Translations under genes and position numbers: made by a program
The notes under the pieces: generated by a model
Databases searched by the model: none
What the model saw: only the letters and a program-made list of their open reading frames with translations
Told to the model about the DNA's origin: nothing
Origin: the human T2T-CHM13v2.0 reference genome, Homo sapiens
NCBI RefSeq assembly: GCF_009914755.1
Contig: NC_060936.1
Strand: one strand, 5' to 3'
DNA length: 64,000 bases
Shown here: positions 35,472-52,209 of the stretch, piece after piece
How positions within the stretch are numbered: position 1 is the stretch's first letter
How the letters are laid out: every line of letters starts with the position of its first letter

Positions 35472-35812
35472 ATTTCAAAAAATTTGCCTCCCAAGATTCT
35501 CTAAATCTGATGGAAATTGGGTAAGATAGCCACGAAGCTCTCTCCAAATTCTGAAATTGATGCATTCCTGATAATAAGCTCTAGAAATTGGGTTAGAATG
35601 TGTTTGAAGGTAAACTTTGTTTCAGAAACACCATTTGGTTTTTAGGCAATCTAATCTGACTCTACTGATCTTTAAAACTTGATGAATTTTAGAACTAAAT
35701 TAAGTATATTTTCCAAAAGTAGGGACCTCACTCCCAGAGAGTATTCTCAAGAATAGCTTGGCATTAAAAAAAACTGAAAATCCTTCAAGGTAAATCTTGA
35801 AATCTTAAAATA
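35472..35812 (-). pseudogene. Relic exon candidate B (~340 nt)
   Basis: tattttattttag| ... AAT|gtaaat. Includes the open stretch NKVYLQTHSNPISRAYYQECINFRIWRELRGYLTQFPSDLENLGRQIF. Confidence 0.5.
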
Positions 35813-37069
35813 CTAAAATAAAATACCTCACACTTCAGAAGGCTGACATGTAATTAAATATTTTGCATTGGAAAAGAAAGTAAAATAACAGAAAAGAGGC
35901 ATAGTTGCTGAACAAAATTGCACAAAACCTGCCAATGCAACCCCTTTCAAACCAAAAGCTTTAGATGCTGCTTGTGTCAAGAGAAAAAAATACATAACAC
36001 GTTTCATCCCTTAAGCTTCTTATTTACTTCTTAAAGACATACGCTGATGAGGTAATGTTCTATTACAAATGTTTAAAAAAAAAACAAAAAAACTTTTCCT
36101 GGTACCTGGATTCTGAAATCTGCTCTAATGATCTTTATCATCAAATTTCTCTATGGCATGCTGTGTTCACATTTAAGAATTGTATAGATTGTTTATACAC
36201 ATGGAGGAAAAAACATGAATATAAGGCTTGGGAAAACATAAAGAGAATAGAAAATTTTTTCAGATGATTTCACATTCTTTCGAAAACCTAAATTTCATGA
36301 GTTGGTAAAGAATGTTAGGATATTTATATTTCTTCAAAATTTACATTCTAGATTATATAATGTCCTAATTCAACTTAGAAAATGGTTTCAGATGCATATT
36401 ATAAGAGTATATAAAACAGACTGACTTTTGAATTAAAATGTATGCAAGACAAAATGCAATTTTAACTTGAGCTAGCCTTTATATTACATGCAAAACCTCC
36501 AATTGAATACATTCAATCATAATAAGAATTTAATTTTTAACTTATATTAGTAAAAGTGTTCAAACTACCATATTATAGCTAATATTTTAATAGAAACAAA
36601 AATCTCCGATTCAAAAATAAAAGTTCTTACATAAGATGGCTGGTTTTGTATTTGAAATTACTGAATCAGAGTGCCCTCTATTGGAAGAAAAGAGACAACA
36701 AAAGCTAAACTGAACTAAGAATATAGGTAAAATACTTCCAAAACTCAAGCCACATCATTAATATGTAAAACACATTAATTAAAAATATGGATGCTACAAA
36801 ACATATTTCCTTACATTTTTATTTCTCCAAAATAACTTTTGGAATTACTTGTCATATCACAATCAGCAAGTTGGATGTTTCATATCCTATGAAATTAAAT
36901 TTTAACTGAACCCAAATGCTCATCATTTAACCAGTAATATAAATAACAGACATACAGAAATGTTTTCCACATTTAATAGTCCAATATAACATAGAAATGT
37001 TATAATTGAGGACTGTGGTTTGACTGCAGTTTGGATTTTCCTTGATGATAAACTGAAAGCCTCCTTGCT

Positions 37070-37730
<661 letters not shown>

Positions 37731-39685
37731 GATAATCCCTAATTCAAGAGACTTTTAGAAGCTCTTACACTGGGGAATTGCAGAAGTAGGCTGGACATTA
37801 AGATCTACGAGATTTGTTCCATCTCAAAAAATTCTAGTTTTGTGGTGTTTTCAAGACCTCAGTTCTGACTCATCATCTCAGACCTGAATTACCTCAGAAA
37901 GATCTTGGCTGATTTTTGGCTCCCTAGACCAGTAGTATGGATGTTAGACCTGAGAAGCTTTTCCAAGAGCAATGCTCAGAGCTACCCAAAATTATTTTGA
38001 TTTAGTTGGTCTGGACTGGTATCTGAGGGCATCAGTATTTATTTTTTAGAGCCTCTCTAGGTAAATCTAATATACAACTATGGCTGAGAACCATTGTTTG
38101 AGCCTCTCCCCAGATCAAGCAACATACAACTACCACTTTTATTTTCCAAAAATGTCACTTTCAGGAGAACTCTCCTACACAAGAATTTATTCTCAGGATC
38201 AATTTTAAACTTCTGGCTAGCCTCCCAATCTACTTAGCTGCCTTTGTTCTCTGACAATAGAGTTGAGTGGCAAGGGGTTATGGCTCCAGCTCCAGAATGT
38301 CTGTGTTCTTGGCTCTGTAATTACCGCATGAAACTGGGAAAGTCATAAAAGCTCCCTGTATGGAGAAATAATACTATCCTTTTCAAAGGGTTATTGTGAG
38401 GATTAAATCAGTTAATACAAGTAAAGTGTTCCATAAATTGAGGTATTATCATTACTTACCCAACTTTATTTCCTACTACTTTCCAAAACAAACTCTCATC
38501 ATAAATCATTCTCAAATTATGCACTAATTCTCATCTCTGTGCTTTTGCACTTACTGTTTCTTCAGGCTGGAATCCTTTCTCAATCATTTGTCCCAACAAA
38601 AGTGAAAAGCACAGCTCCCCTTTCACCAGGACACAGCTTAGTCTCTCCCTACCTCCACAAAGACTTCAATGAGTATCTGTAAATATTCACTGGTCTCTCC
38701 CTTTTAAAAATTCCTTTGGCCACAAGGTAGCATACTATGAGAAATGTGGCTGAGAATTAAAAACACTGGCTCAGAGTTTGAATCCTCACTCTGCCACTTG
38801 GCAGCTAAGTCATTTTCTAAATCCATATTGTTAGGATTACTTAATAAGCGACTTAAATCACGTAAAGCATTAGAGTAGCAAATAGCAAAAACTGAGTAAG
38901 TGTCAGTTCTTATTTATTCAGTGTTTTATATGTTAGCCTTCAGTTATAGTCTACACACTGTGACTGAAGTCTCCTTAGGATAGGTGTTTTGAAACACTTG
39001 AAATCAAGAACCATATCTATTATAAATCCCACAACTCAAAACATGGTAAGAACCATCTGTATTAGGTGACCTATATTAGGTGACCTGTACTTGACTAAAC
39101 TTTTTGCAACATGTAAGAGTATAATTGAAGCAATATTCTGGAAAAAAAACTTTTTTGATGAATAGAAACAAATATTCAACAAAACATGGAATGAATTCAA
39201 ATAAAACAGGCTACAGAAAAGGGTCAAAGTAATTTGATTACTTTTTAAACATTCGCTAACAGGTTTCTATCAGATTCATCTTCTGAAAGGTCAGTTCCAA
39301 TGATGTCTTTTATCTGCCCAAAATCCTTTAGATTTTTCTCATTTCTTAAAAAAAAAACCAAAATTCTTAGCCTGACATTCATAATTATCCATGACCTGAC
39401 CTCAAACTACACTTCTACTCTCTCATCTTTCCCCTTTGTAAACTCTATTCTTCCAAATAAACAGAATTATTTGCTCTTACTCATATATACCATCTGCTTT
39501 TCTCCCTCCACATAATCTTTAATATTTTATAGGGAAATATTTTCAAAGAACACTATTGTAAAGGTTTGTCACAGGAACGAAGAGTGGTGTTAGAAAAGCA
39601 TGAGTTCAGATTTCAAAACCTTAACGCTCAATTTATGAGCATTAATTTCTTTCTTGCCACTATCACAATACAGTCTTTGGCTTAC

Positions 39686-39933
39686 AAAAAAAATTGAACA
39701 TCTTTTCCCCAAACTATTATCACTCTCTCAAAGTCAAAAGCCTTTGCCGTAACTTCCTGAAAGATAGAAGCTTGAATCATGGTCTCCAAGCAGCACATAC
39801 AGACCCCAGGGCATATAAGATATTCATTGGGTAAACGAAAAATAATTAGAGCTTCTGTTTTACACTTATTCTCTACCTTCCTCAATTTGAATTTCTTTTG
39901 TTGTGTATGTCTCATAATTTACATCAAATATTA
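39686..39933 (-). pseudogene. Relic exon candidate A (248 nt)
   Basis: gcatttctag| ... TTTT|gtaagc. Contains most of the 77-aa ORF 39682..39915 (...CLETMIQASIFQEVTAKAFDFERVIIVWGKDVQFF), which stops at the donor. Confidence 0.5.
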
Positions 39934-41590
39934 CTAGAAATGCAGTCTATATATATATAATTTACAAATAATCAGGGATATTTGCTCAAAATTTGTTTAC
40001 TAATGGTACGTACAACAAAAAAGTTTGGAAACCCTGGTCTAAAAAATTAGGGCTTTCAGAATATCTGTGGTTTTACAAGTAGAAGGCCAGAAGCTGCCAG
40101 TTTACATAAATCTTTGAGGATGGATCTAAAAATATAAACACTATGTGTTGTTTATATAGCACAAATATGTTTTAAGTTCTAACTAACTTTCAAGGAAATA
40201 TTAAAATGTAACTGATTGGTAACCTGGAGACAGCATACACCTATTTCAGATTTTTTAACAGAGGATTTTGTCCCAACATTAAAGTTACTATTATAAATTA
40301 TTTCATTAATATAAAAATTTCATTTGGTAAAACTTACAGGTATTTACTTCAGTACATATACAACTGTTCATAGTTATTCATAAAGAATTTTTATTGGGGC
40401 CAATAATAGAATGTTTTTACAAAAGAGAGTGAAGCACAAAAACAAAATGAAACAAAAAAAGCAGGCCAAGGAGGTAGGACTAGCCATGGAACTAGATTAG
40501 CAAGTGCTATCCCAGGAAACAGTGTCACAGCTTACTTTAAGTAACTAAATTAAGTAAATGTTCTCATAATGGACAGTCACTATACTTAGCAAGTTTTTTT
40601 TTAGTTTTCACAAATAATATGACATACTTAACACAGTTCACTCTATTACTGGCTTTTGAATAAAGTATGATATATCTGTAACAAATTAAGTTCTAAAAGT
40701 GACTACAGATTTCTTATCAGAATAATGTATTTCCTTTAATACCAGTATATACTATAAGTCCTTCCTCTACAGGACAAAAAGTAGGTTTAAATATCTTAAT
40801 ATTAAACTGATTTATTCTCTATAGTTTTTCTTGCTTTTGTGTTCATATAAAAATCCAAATGAGTGAGAATCACCCATGGCCTGACCTCAATCTATCCTTC
40901 TAATCTTATCTCCCCTCTTTCTTCTTTGTAAACTCTCATTCCTAATAAATAGAAATACTTGCTCTTACTCAACTATATCATCTGTTTTTCTGCCTCACAT
41001 AACCTTTAATATTTTATATGGCAATATTTTCAAAGAACACTATCATAAAGGCGTTGTCACAGGAACTAACTCATGCTTAAGATTCTGAGCTTATCAAAGA
41101 GAAACCTCTTGGGATTTGCATAATATTATAAAAATATGCAGACTGAACTTTCCACATTTCTCTCCTACTATGACTTCAGGAGGAAGTGAGGAAACTATAC
41201 GTGTGGCTCTGCTCTGTTAGTCTGAGTTCATAGAGAAAATGGGGAAGACAGTCGAAAGGAAGGTTTTTGTCTTTTTTTGGGAACCAACATCATTATGCCC
41301 AGTAAAACTAAAGGAACACAACAACAACAACAACAACAAATACCAAAAATCCATGTTTTTAAGAAAGAGTCTAAAAGTAGAGAGACCATGAAGTGATCTG
41401 TCAAAGCACTCCTTCCCCTACACATGCACTGCGAGTAAAACCCCAAAGAACGTCAGGAAAAGAGCAATAAGGAAACTGACATCTTAGAGTGGCGGAATCT
41501 GATAATGCACCACATCCCATACCTCTTAAGTGTACACACTGAACTGGCAAAGACAGACACATTATCTTCATTCCCCCCCGCCTTACTTAC

Positions 41591-41757
41591 TACACTCTGG
41601 CTTCCATTTTTCCCAAGTTCTTCCTCTGAAATCTTGCTCAAATTATCTAAGTAGTGGTCTGATATTGTGTGGCACAAGTCTTCAAACGAATAATCCTTTT
41701 CTTGACAGAGTTTTATTTCATCCAAGAGTTTTGATAATTCTCCAGTGACGGTTTCAC
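41591..41757 (-). CDS. ANKS1B: ANKS1B coding exon (167 nt, probably exon 8): SETVTGELSKLLDEIKLCQEKDYSFEDLCHTISDHYLDNLSKISEEELGKNGSQSV
   Basis: ttctcatag|GT ... AGTGTA|gtaagt. Overlaps ORF 41453..41725; in frame with the upstream exon and ends in phase 0. Confidence 0.95.
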
Positions 41758-42431
41758 CTATGAGAATAATTTTTTCAGAAGTTTCAAGAAAGGCTATTGT
41801 TAAAACTTAATGTTAAGCAATAAAAATATGACTGCTATGGTGATAGAACTCAAAATATAACAAGATTAAGCAGTCAGACACTATTCTGCTGAAAACAAGG
41901 TACTCAACCATAATTAGTACAACAATATTAATGGGCAAAAGAGATTATAATTTTGCCTATTTTTATTCTTTTTCAAAATAGAAATAATTATTGTAAGGTT
42001 ATGTATACATAGTACATAAAAGCATCTGGAATTACAATTCCCAAAGCTTCACTTATTATAGGATTTAATTTCCATAATATTTCATTGGTATTTTACTTCA
42101 CTGACAGAATTCATTAGCAAATTTGAAACGGTGCTGAGAAACTTCTTCCTAGGTTCAATAAACAGAAATAGTACAAGTTATTTAAACAAATAATAACATA
42201 GGTAATCAGTACCTTAAGAATTATGGTATATGATATAAAGTAAAAACACAAAAGAAACAAACAATATGCATCATCTGTCAAACATGAAGATTTTGTAGAT
42301 TACATGAAAATATGCACATTTCTAAACAGTCTCAGAAAGATACCTTATACCTGTAATTTATTCTGAAAAAAATGCCCAGCAGTTACAATCCAGATTTTAA
42401 TATTTTTATTCTGACATAAAAACATATTTAA

Positions 42432-43975
42432 CATCAGCTGACTATAGATGCATGGATTTATTTCTGGACTTTATTCTGTTTTATTGGTATATATGTCTGT
42501 TTTCATGCCTGTACCATACTGTTTTGATTACTGTAGCTCTTCACAAGGTTTCCAAGAACACAAAATGTGGAAAAGATAGTCTCTTCAATAAATAGTGTTG
42601 GGAAAGTGGATAGCCACATGCAAAAGCATGAAATATGACCCTTATCTCATCCCCTATGTAAAAATCAATGCAAACAGTATAAAGACTGGAACATTAAGAC
42701 CTGAAAATATGAAACTCCTAAAAGAAAACATAGGGAAAAAACTTGATATTTGTTTGGACAATGATTTCTTGGATATGAACAAAAGCAAAAATGAACACGC
42801 AGGATTGGATCAAACTAAGAAGCTTCTGCACTGCAAATAAAACAATCAACACACTAAAAAGATAACTTAAGGAATGGGAGAAAATATTTGCAAACCATAG
42901 ATCTGGTAAGGGGTTAATGTGCAAAATACATAAGGAATTCACATAACTCAATAGCAAAAACACAAATAACCTAATTTTAAAATGGGCTAAGGACTCGAAT
43001 AGACATTTCTTCAAAAAAGGCACATAAATGACCCAAGGTATATGAAAAGGTGCTCAATATCACTAATAATCAGGCAAATGTAAATGAAAGCCACAATGGG
43101 GTATCATCTCCCATCTATTAGAATGGCTATTCTCAAAAAGACAAAAGATAGGAGGTGTTTCTGAGGATGTGGAGAAAGGGAACCCTGTATGCTGTCCATG
43201 GGAATGTAAAATGTTAAAGGCTCTATGGAAAACAGTATGGAGATTCCTCAAAAAATTAAAAATAGAATTACCATATGATTCAGTAATCCCACCTTGGGGT
43301 GCTTATTCACAGGAAATGAAACCAGTATCTTGGAGAGATATCTGCACCCTTCTGTTCATTGCAACATTCTTCAGAACAGCCAAGACATGAAAACAACTGA
43401 AGTATACACTGTCAGATGGATGGATAAATAAAATGCAATGTGTGTATACATTTATATACACACTACACAAACAATGGACTATTATTCAGCCTTAAAAAAG
43501 GAGATCCTGCCATTTGTAACAACATGGATGAACCTAGAGGATATTATCCTAAGTGAGATGAACCAGGTACAGAAAGACAAATACTGCATGATCTCACATG
43601 TGGAATCTAAAAAAGTCAAAGTCATAAAACAGAGAGTAGAATGGTGAATGCCAGGGGCTGGGGAGTGGAGGAGATGGGAAAGTGTTGATCAAAGGGTACA
43701 AAGGTTCAGTTATGGGGGATTAATAAATTCTGGAGATTTAAAATACAGCATGGTGACTATAGTTAATAATATTCTATTGTATACCTGAAACTTGCTAAGA
43801 GAGTTGATCTTAAGTGTTCTCTCCAAAATAAAAAATAAAAAATACTATGTGAGATGATGGCTATGTTAATTAGCTTGATTTTGGCAATTATTCCACAAAG
43901 TATATATCAAGTTGCACACTGTAAATATATACAATTTTTATTTGCCAAGTATACCTCAATAAAGCTGGGGAAAAA
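42432..43975 (+). mobile_element. L1MA/MB 3' fragment with short inverted 5' segment (~42432-42540), TSD ~AAAAACA(T/C)ATTTAA
   Basis: Antisense ORF2 sequence (taccatactgttttgattactgtagct) abuts sense ORF2; L1M 3' UTR ends ...atacctcaataaagctgg. Confidence 0.85.
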
Positions 43976-44216
43976 CACATTTAAGAAAAAAACACATTTA
44001 AGAAACATATACTCCAGATAAACTTCATTACAGCAGGGATAGTTTTCTGCTTTGCTCACTACTGTATCTCAGGGCTGAGAAGCCCTAATCAGTAACAGGA
44101 GCTCTTATAAATGGATGAAATATAGAGTATAGGATATAACCTATTAGACTTGAAATTTTCACAACTGTACATACAAGTCTAGTATAGATTCCAGGGCTTT
44201 ATAATTAGGTACTCAC

Positions 44217-44330
44217 TTTTGGTCTTTTGGGAAGGAGACTCAACAGGAGATGAAATGTGTGTTTCTTGTGTTGCATCTTCCTGTACAGGCTCTTCGAGGA
44301 CTGTAGATCTTCCCACGCCTTCTAAATACT
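44217..44330 (-). CDS. ANKS1B: ANKS1B coding exon (114 nt, probably exon 7): EYLEGVGRSTVLEEPVQEDATQETHISSPVESPSQKTK
   Basis: acacacag|AG ... CAAAA|gtgagt; open and in frame with both neighbouring exons. Confidence 0.93.
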
Positions 44331-45322
44331 CTGTGTGTATACATTTTTGAGATTACATACTTGAATTCATTTATTTTAAAATCAATAAATTTTAAGTTTT
44401 ACTTCTGGTAATCAGTTTTTCATTTATTTTTTCATATCCTAAATATATCCTAAGTTTTCAAAAGAACTTCAAAAAACCAAACATATCAAAAGAACGCCAT
44501 GATGAGCTATTTAATTAAAGTTGTAATTAAAAAAAGACACTGGATTATTTGGGAGAAACTCTTGAACCCCTTTCTTCTAAAACCTAAACTTAAAACATTC
44601 TTTCCTTAAAAATAAATTCACCTATTGAAGATACAATAAACTCCTTGGTCTCCTTATTTTCCATCTGAAGATTTTAAACTGTCTGAAAGATGCTTTGAAT
44701 AGATTTAATCCCCAAAACAGGAATGTCAAATTCAGATGGATACCACAACCAGCCAGGTAACATAAACGAATGAAATGGAATAAGTTCATTTCAAAATGGT
44801 GCTGTAATCTTGTAACATAAGCATAATTTGCATATTAACTTTATTTCCACAAAGAAATAATGTTCATTGCCATTATTCTTGAAGTAATGTCCTATACTCA
44901 GCCTATTTTTCATTTTTCTAGTTTTGATACAGATATAATATTAGGAATAGCAGCTTAAACTTAAATATTGCTTACTATGGACCCAGCATTGTTCTAAGTG
45001 TTTTGTATAAATTAACTCATGTAATCCTTACAAAACTATGACACATGCACTAAATTTTAAAGATTACAAGTAAAGGAGGAGTATTATTAACTTGTCCATG
45101 TTCATTCAGCTAATAGGTGGCAAAGCCAAATAAATATAAGACAAGAAAACATCTCACTTTTCTCTTAACCATAAAGAAAACAGCATCTGAATGTAGAAAT
45201 AAATGTTAACCAATATTCAGCCTCACAGACCATGTTGAACCAGAGAACAAATGACCAATCTAAAGTTCATCCCTGAAATAAAACTTCTTTTAGAGAAACC
45301 AAAACTCCAGAGTTTGAGCTAA

Positions 45323-45651
<329 letters not shown>

Positions 45652-46142
45652 AAATTCTAGATTTTTAAATGTTAACAGCTAATTCAATTTTTATGGAAAC
45701 ACAATGTGGGCTCAAAATATGTGATATATACAAAGCATGTGTGCTATCTGCCAAAGCGTTCAGCCCACAAGTGGCTAGTTTGTAGCCTCTGTATAAAGAT
45801 TAAATGAACAGATCCCTTTTCATACAGAGCATTTGCTTATACTTCTTTATTCAAGAACCTTTTTCTTAAAATCTAATAAAGAAAATTTGTATTCTCATGC
45901 CAAACAAGTATGTCCTCATACCATTCAAATAATTTCTACCAGGGAAATCCAGGAATGCAAAGAACAGAGATGACGTGTTCACATTCTGAAATTTGCCAGT
46001 AATTAGAGAACTTCAAAGATGTACTGTATGCCCTACCACAAATTAACATACCTAATTAATCTTGACCATTTAGGAGAGCAAAGATAGTTACTCCCATGTA
46101 ACAACATTTCATCTTATATAAACCAATGCAGTATGTTTTTAA

Positions 46143-46552
<410 letters not shown>

Positions 46553-46576
46553 CATGCTTCAGTTTTTAAAAGTTCA

Positions 46577-47198
<622 letters not shown>

Positions 47199-48539
47199 TT
47201 CAGTGAGAGTCAAAAGTCCAACATGAAATACAAAGTGCATAGAGGGAGAAGACTAATAAAAAATAGTATGTGCCACTCTTATTTTTTAGCTTTTATTCAA
47301 TTTAATTTTAATTTTAATTTATATAAAAGGCTATGATGGGATTTTTCTCTGATTCATCTCTGCATGCATTTGACTTGTAATTAACTTCTTTATTGATAAG
47401 AAAATTGTAGGGGCATGAACTTCCCTGAAATATTTTGGAAATAGAGAAGAGAGCATAATGGCCACATATAGTGCATCTATTCCTTTTACTCCTCCTTGGC
47501 CTTTGTTGACTATTGTATCTACATGTTCCCTGCCTGACTTGGTTTTAATTCATTTATCTCCCTGCAAAACAATGCTGTTCTTCAGCTTCCCAACTGACAC
47601 CTAATAAAACCTATCTCACCACCCTCCTCTATCATACTTGCAGCCAATCCATAACAAGTGTAGGAGATAATCACTGCTGAACAGGGTAGGAGCTAAAGGA
47701 GAGAAAAACATCTGGGGTTTTTAAGTAACATGCTACATGTCAGGCCTAATCACCAAACAGGAAGAGAAAGCATTTAAGTCTAATTTTGTTATAAAACTTT
47801 TAGTTCAAGTGGAGAAGTATGCAAGCTGCAAATAACAAAAGTCGTACCTAGACAGTTGTCAAACTTTCAATAGAGCTAATGACTGCCACTAACAACAAAT
47901 GCACTTAAATGACTTTTACCAAAAACTAAGGCTGGTAAGACTGAGTTATTTTATACCATTGGATTAGGAAGGAAATAATCTGTATTCTTTTGGCTAAATA
48001 CAATTTTTGTTATTATTGATAATCTAGCATTTAGATACAAGCTCTGCCACTTAAGATACATGAATTTGAACAAATCAAATCTCTCAGAGCCTCAGTTTCC
48101 CTTATGTGCAAAAGTAAAATAATATCTGACTTATGTTACTTCATAGGGTCATAGAAACCAAAGTAGTAGCAAATCCCTGAAAATGCTGAAAGTATTATTC
48201 AAATGTGAAATAACACTTAATCATCACTACTTTATAGCCTTATTAACTTCCAGCTCATAACTACATATTTACTACATAAATATGAATTTTAAAAATATTT
48301 CTATTATCAAATGAGTAAATAAATACCTTAACTTCTTTAAAATACTTACTGAGTAGTTGAAAAACAAAAATAAAACATTAAAAGGTATTATTATTTAGTT
48401 TAAAAGTCTACCAGAAAAAAATAAAACTAGTAAGTTTGTTCAAAAGTAAACACTAACTCAAAATCCAAAAGAAAACTGTAACAGTTTTAATCTCATCTTA
48501 ACTTTAAGGCAAACTCATCCATCATTCAATACTGTTTAC

Positions 48540-48641
48540 CTTGTAAGAGTGTTGCAATCTGGAGAGATTTCTGAGATGGATGTTCTTTCAGAATGTCCAA
48601 GACAGTTCTACCTAAGCTATCCTTTATGTTGGCATCAATTC
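48540..48641 (-). CDS. ANKS1B: ANKS1B coding exon (102 nt, probably exon 6): GIDANIKDSLGRTVLDILKEHPSQKSLQIATLLQ
   Basis: Acceptor ttctttcag|GA, donor CAAG|gtaaac. Phase 1/1; completes the ankyrin repeat (G.D.N.KD..GRT.LD). Confidence 0.96.
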
Positions 48642-48775
48642 CTGAAAGAAAAAGAAAAACTCACTAGATATACACCACTGAAGTATCCTCAAAAGATACT
48701 ATCACTATCTAACTGCTGTAATTTCAGACATATACAGACCAAGCATTGAAAGTGATTTTTAAAAAATTAAGTTCT

Positions 48776-48823
48776 ACACACACACATACACACACACATG
48801 CGCACACACACACACACTCACAC
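48776..48823. repeat. Imperfect (CA)n microsatellite
   Basis: Seen directly. Confidence 0.9.
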
Positions 48824-48924
48824 AAGATTTTAGCAAGAAAGAAGGCAGGGGCCTGTTGCTACCAAAGATTAGGAACATTCTTGATCATCAATTAACTCTT
48901 AAAGGGCACTGACCCAATGTTTAA

Positions 48925-49248
<324 letters not shown>

Positions 49249-50690
49249 TGACCCTATGATATCTTTGGGTTATAACTATTTAACTCAACAGCACACTATC
49301 ACACTGAAAAATATTATTGATTTAGAATGTGAATTCCTAAAGTATAATGGTCATGTGATTTATATTCTCTGTACAATATGGTAAAAATATTTAGTAAATT
49401 ATAATCATGTACCATGTAAGTAACATAAGAACAGTCTTAGAACACTTGAATATTCACAAAGTTGAAAAAGCATGATTATTTTGAATTGTTGTCCACAAAG
49501 AATTTATCCAAATACAAGGTCAAATACTCTATGATATTTATTTATGCAAGATTGTATTTGTCAGTCACACTAATCATCCACCTGACGAGCAAACTTACTG
49601 AAGTGTGTAACTAAAACACCTGTTATTATTTTAGTTGTGGAAATATATATTGTAAGAAAGAACTTATTTTAACACAGCAAATAGCTTTCACTGCCCTAAA
49701 AATATTATGAATTTTCCAAACACATAATTGCAAAAAAAAAAAAAAAAAGCCAGTTTACAGGATCTGGTCCCAAATGTTAGTTCATTGTAAGATTATTAAA
49801 TACATGTTTAAATTTGCATAGGAATGTGTAACCAGCACATATTAATATTTAGGTGGTTTCCTCAAATCATTTGTTATATCACCACACTGCATGACAAAGT
49901 TAAATATAAATGAAATTTTAACTTTGTTAAATTGTGTACAAATACAATCACAATACAACAGTCTGCCAATGTTTTTCATTTTTTTTTACAGAGGAAAATA
50001 AACACACTATAGTCCATAACATGAAAAATTCCATCAGTTGTTTACAAGCATGAATTTGTACCCATGCCTTTTGATCTTTAAAACAAATCTGACCTTAATT
50101 CTAGCTCTATTTCATCTCAATCAGAATGCACATATGAAAATAAATAAGCCAACTTTATTGTTCCTTCAAAGCACTCCCTTTAAAAGGTTCCCTTTAAAAT
50201 AAGTTTCTGTAGCCTACTAACAATAGCTACTCAGTTAATGAACTAACTAGAAGGACAATTTACCTTAAAGAGAGGGAACTCAAATCTCTGTTTACCGTAG
50301 TCCACAATATAAAACACAGAAAAACTATTATGTTCTTCAATAAATCAAGCAATTGTGACAATTTCTCAAGGATCAATTCCTCTCTCTTACAGAAGGCAGA
50401 AATTTCCTTTTTCTTTTGGTAGTTCATCTCTAAAGTACTTAAGTGCATAAAATTGTAATAACAAAGAGGTTTGTACTTAAAACATCTATTGCATAAAAGA
50501 AGTTGCACATTGATATCAATGTTATCTAAATACTGAAACTCAGTTCTACATAATATGAATACATATCTGCATTTTAGAGTAAAGGCAAGAGGGTGATTTG
50601 TGAAGAAAACTGTGTCATTTTCCTTTGTCTATTCCCAAAATAGAAATGTTATCTGTCAGGATAAGCTCCATGCAGAATCACAATAGTTAC

Positions 50691-50766
50691 CTGTTTCTAA
50701 CAGAACTCGTACAACATCCACCTTTCCAAACAAAGCTGCTTCATGAAGTGCACTCCCCTTTTCTGT
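50691..50766 (-). CDS. ANKS1B: ANKS1B coding exon (76 nt, probably exon 5), ankyrin repeat [25 protein letters not shown](G)
   Basis: Acceptor tttttttccag|ACA and donor ACAG|gtaact. The translation fits the ankyrin consensus ([15 protein letters not shown]) and splices in frame to the next exon. Confidence 0.96.
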
Positions 50767-50921
50767 CTGGAAAAAAAAAAGTAAGAAAAAAGAAAGCACG
50801 GTTGCATTTGGAATGCTTACAGGTTGAAATAAAATGCTCACATTTTACATATTCATACATATTTGCTGTAATCTCAGCTCTCCCTAACAGAAAGGTCATG
50901 TGGAATAAAGAAGAGATTCTA

Positions 50922-51260
<339 letters not shown>

Positions 51261-51493
51261 TTATGTGAGTATTTCACCTTCTCTTAGCTTTAGCTCTCCT
51301 TAAGTATAAAATAAGAGAAGTAATGCCCACCTCACAAGGCTTTTGTGACTATGCAAGAAGCTCATTTAATCAGCATGCATTTATTAAACACCAATTATAG
51401 GCCAAGAGTAGCTGATGGATATTCTGAGGTATGGAAATATCATCCTGGCCCTCATATATTCACATTCTATTTGAAGAGACAGATGTATAAACA

Positions 51494-52175
<682 letters not shown>

Positions 52176-52209
52176 AATATTTATGATAAATGAAATCTAA
52201 ACAATTTAA

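Noticed and set aside
41453-41590. Read-through of exon 8 into the intron (VSKAGGNEDNV...)
   Set aside because: A consensus GTAAGT donor is present; I see no evidence for an alternative last exon.
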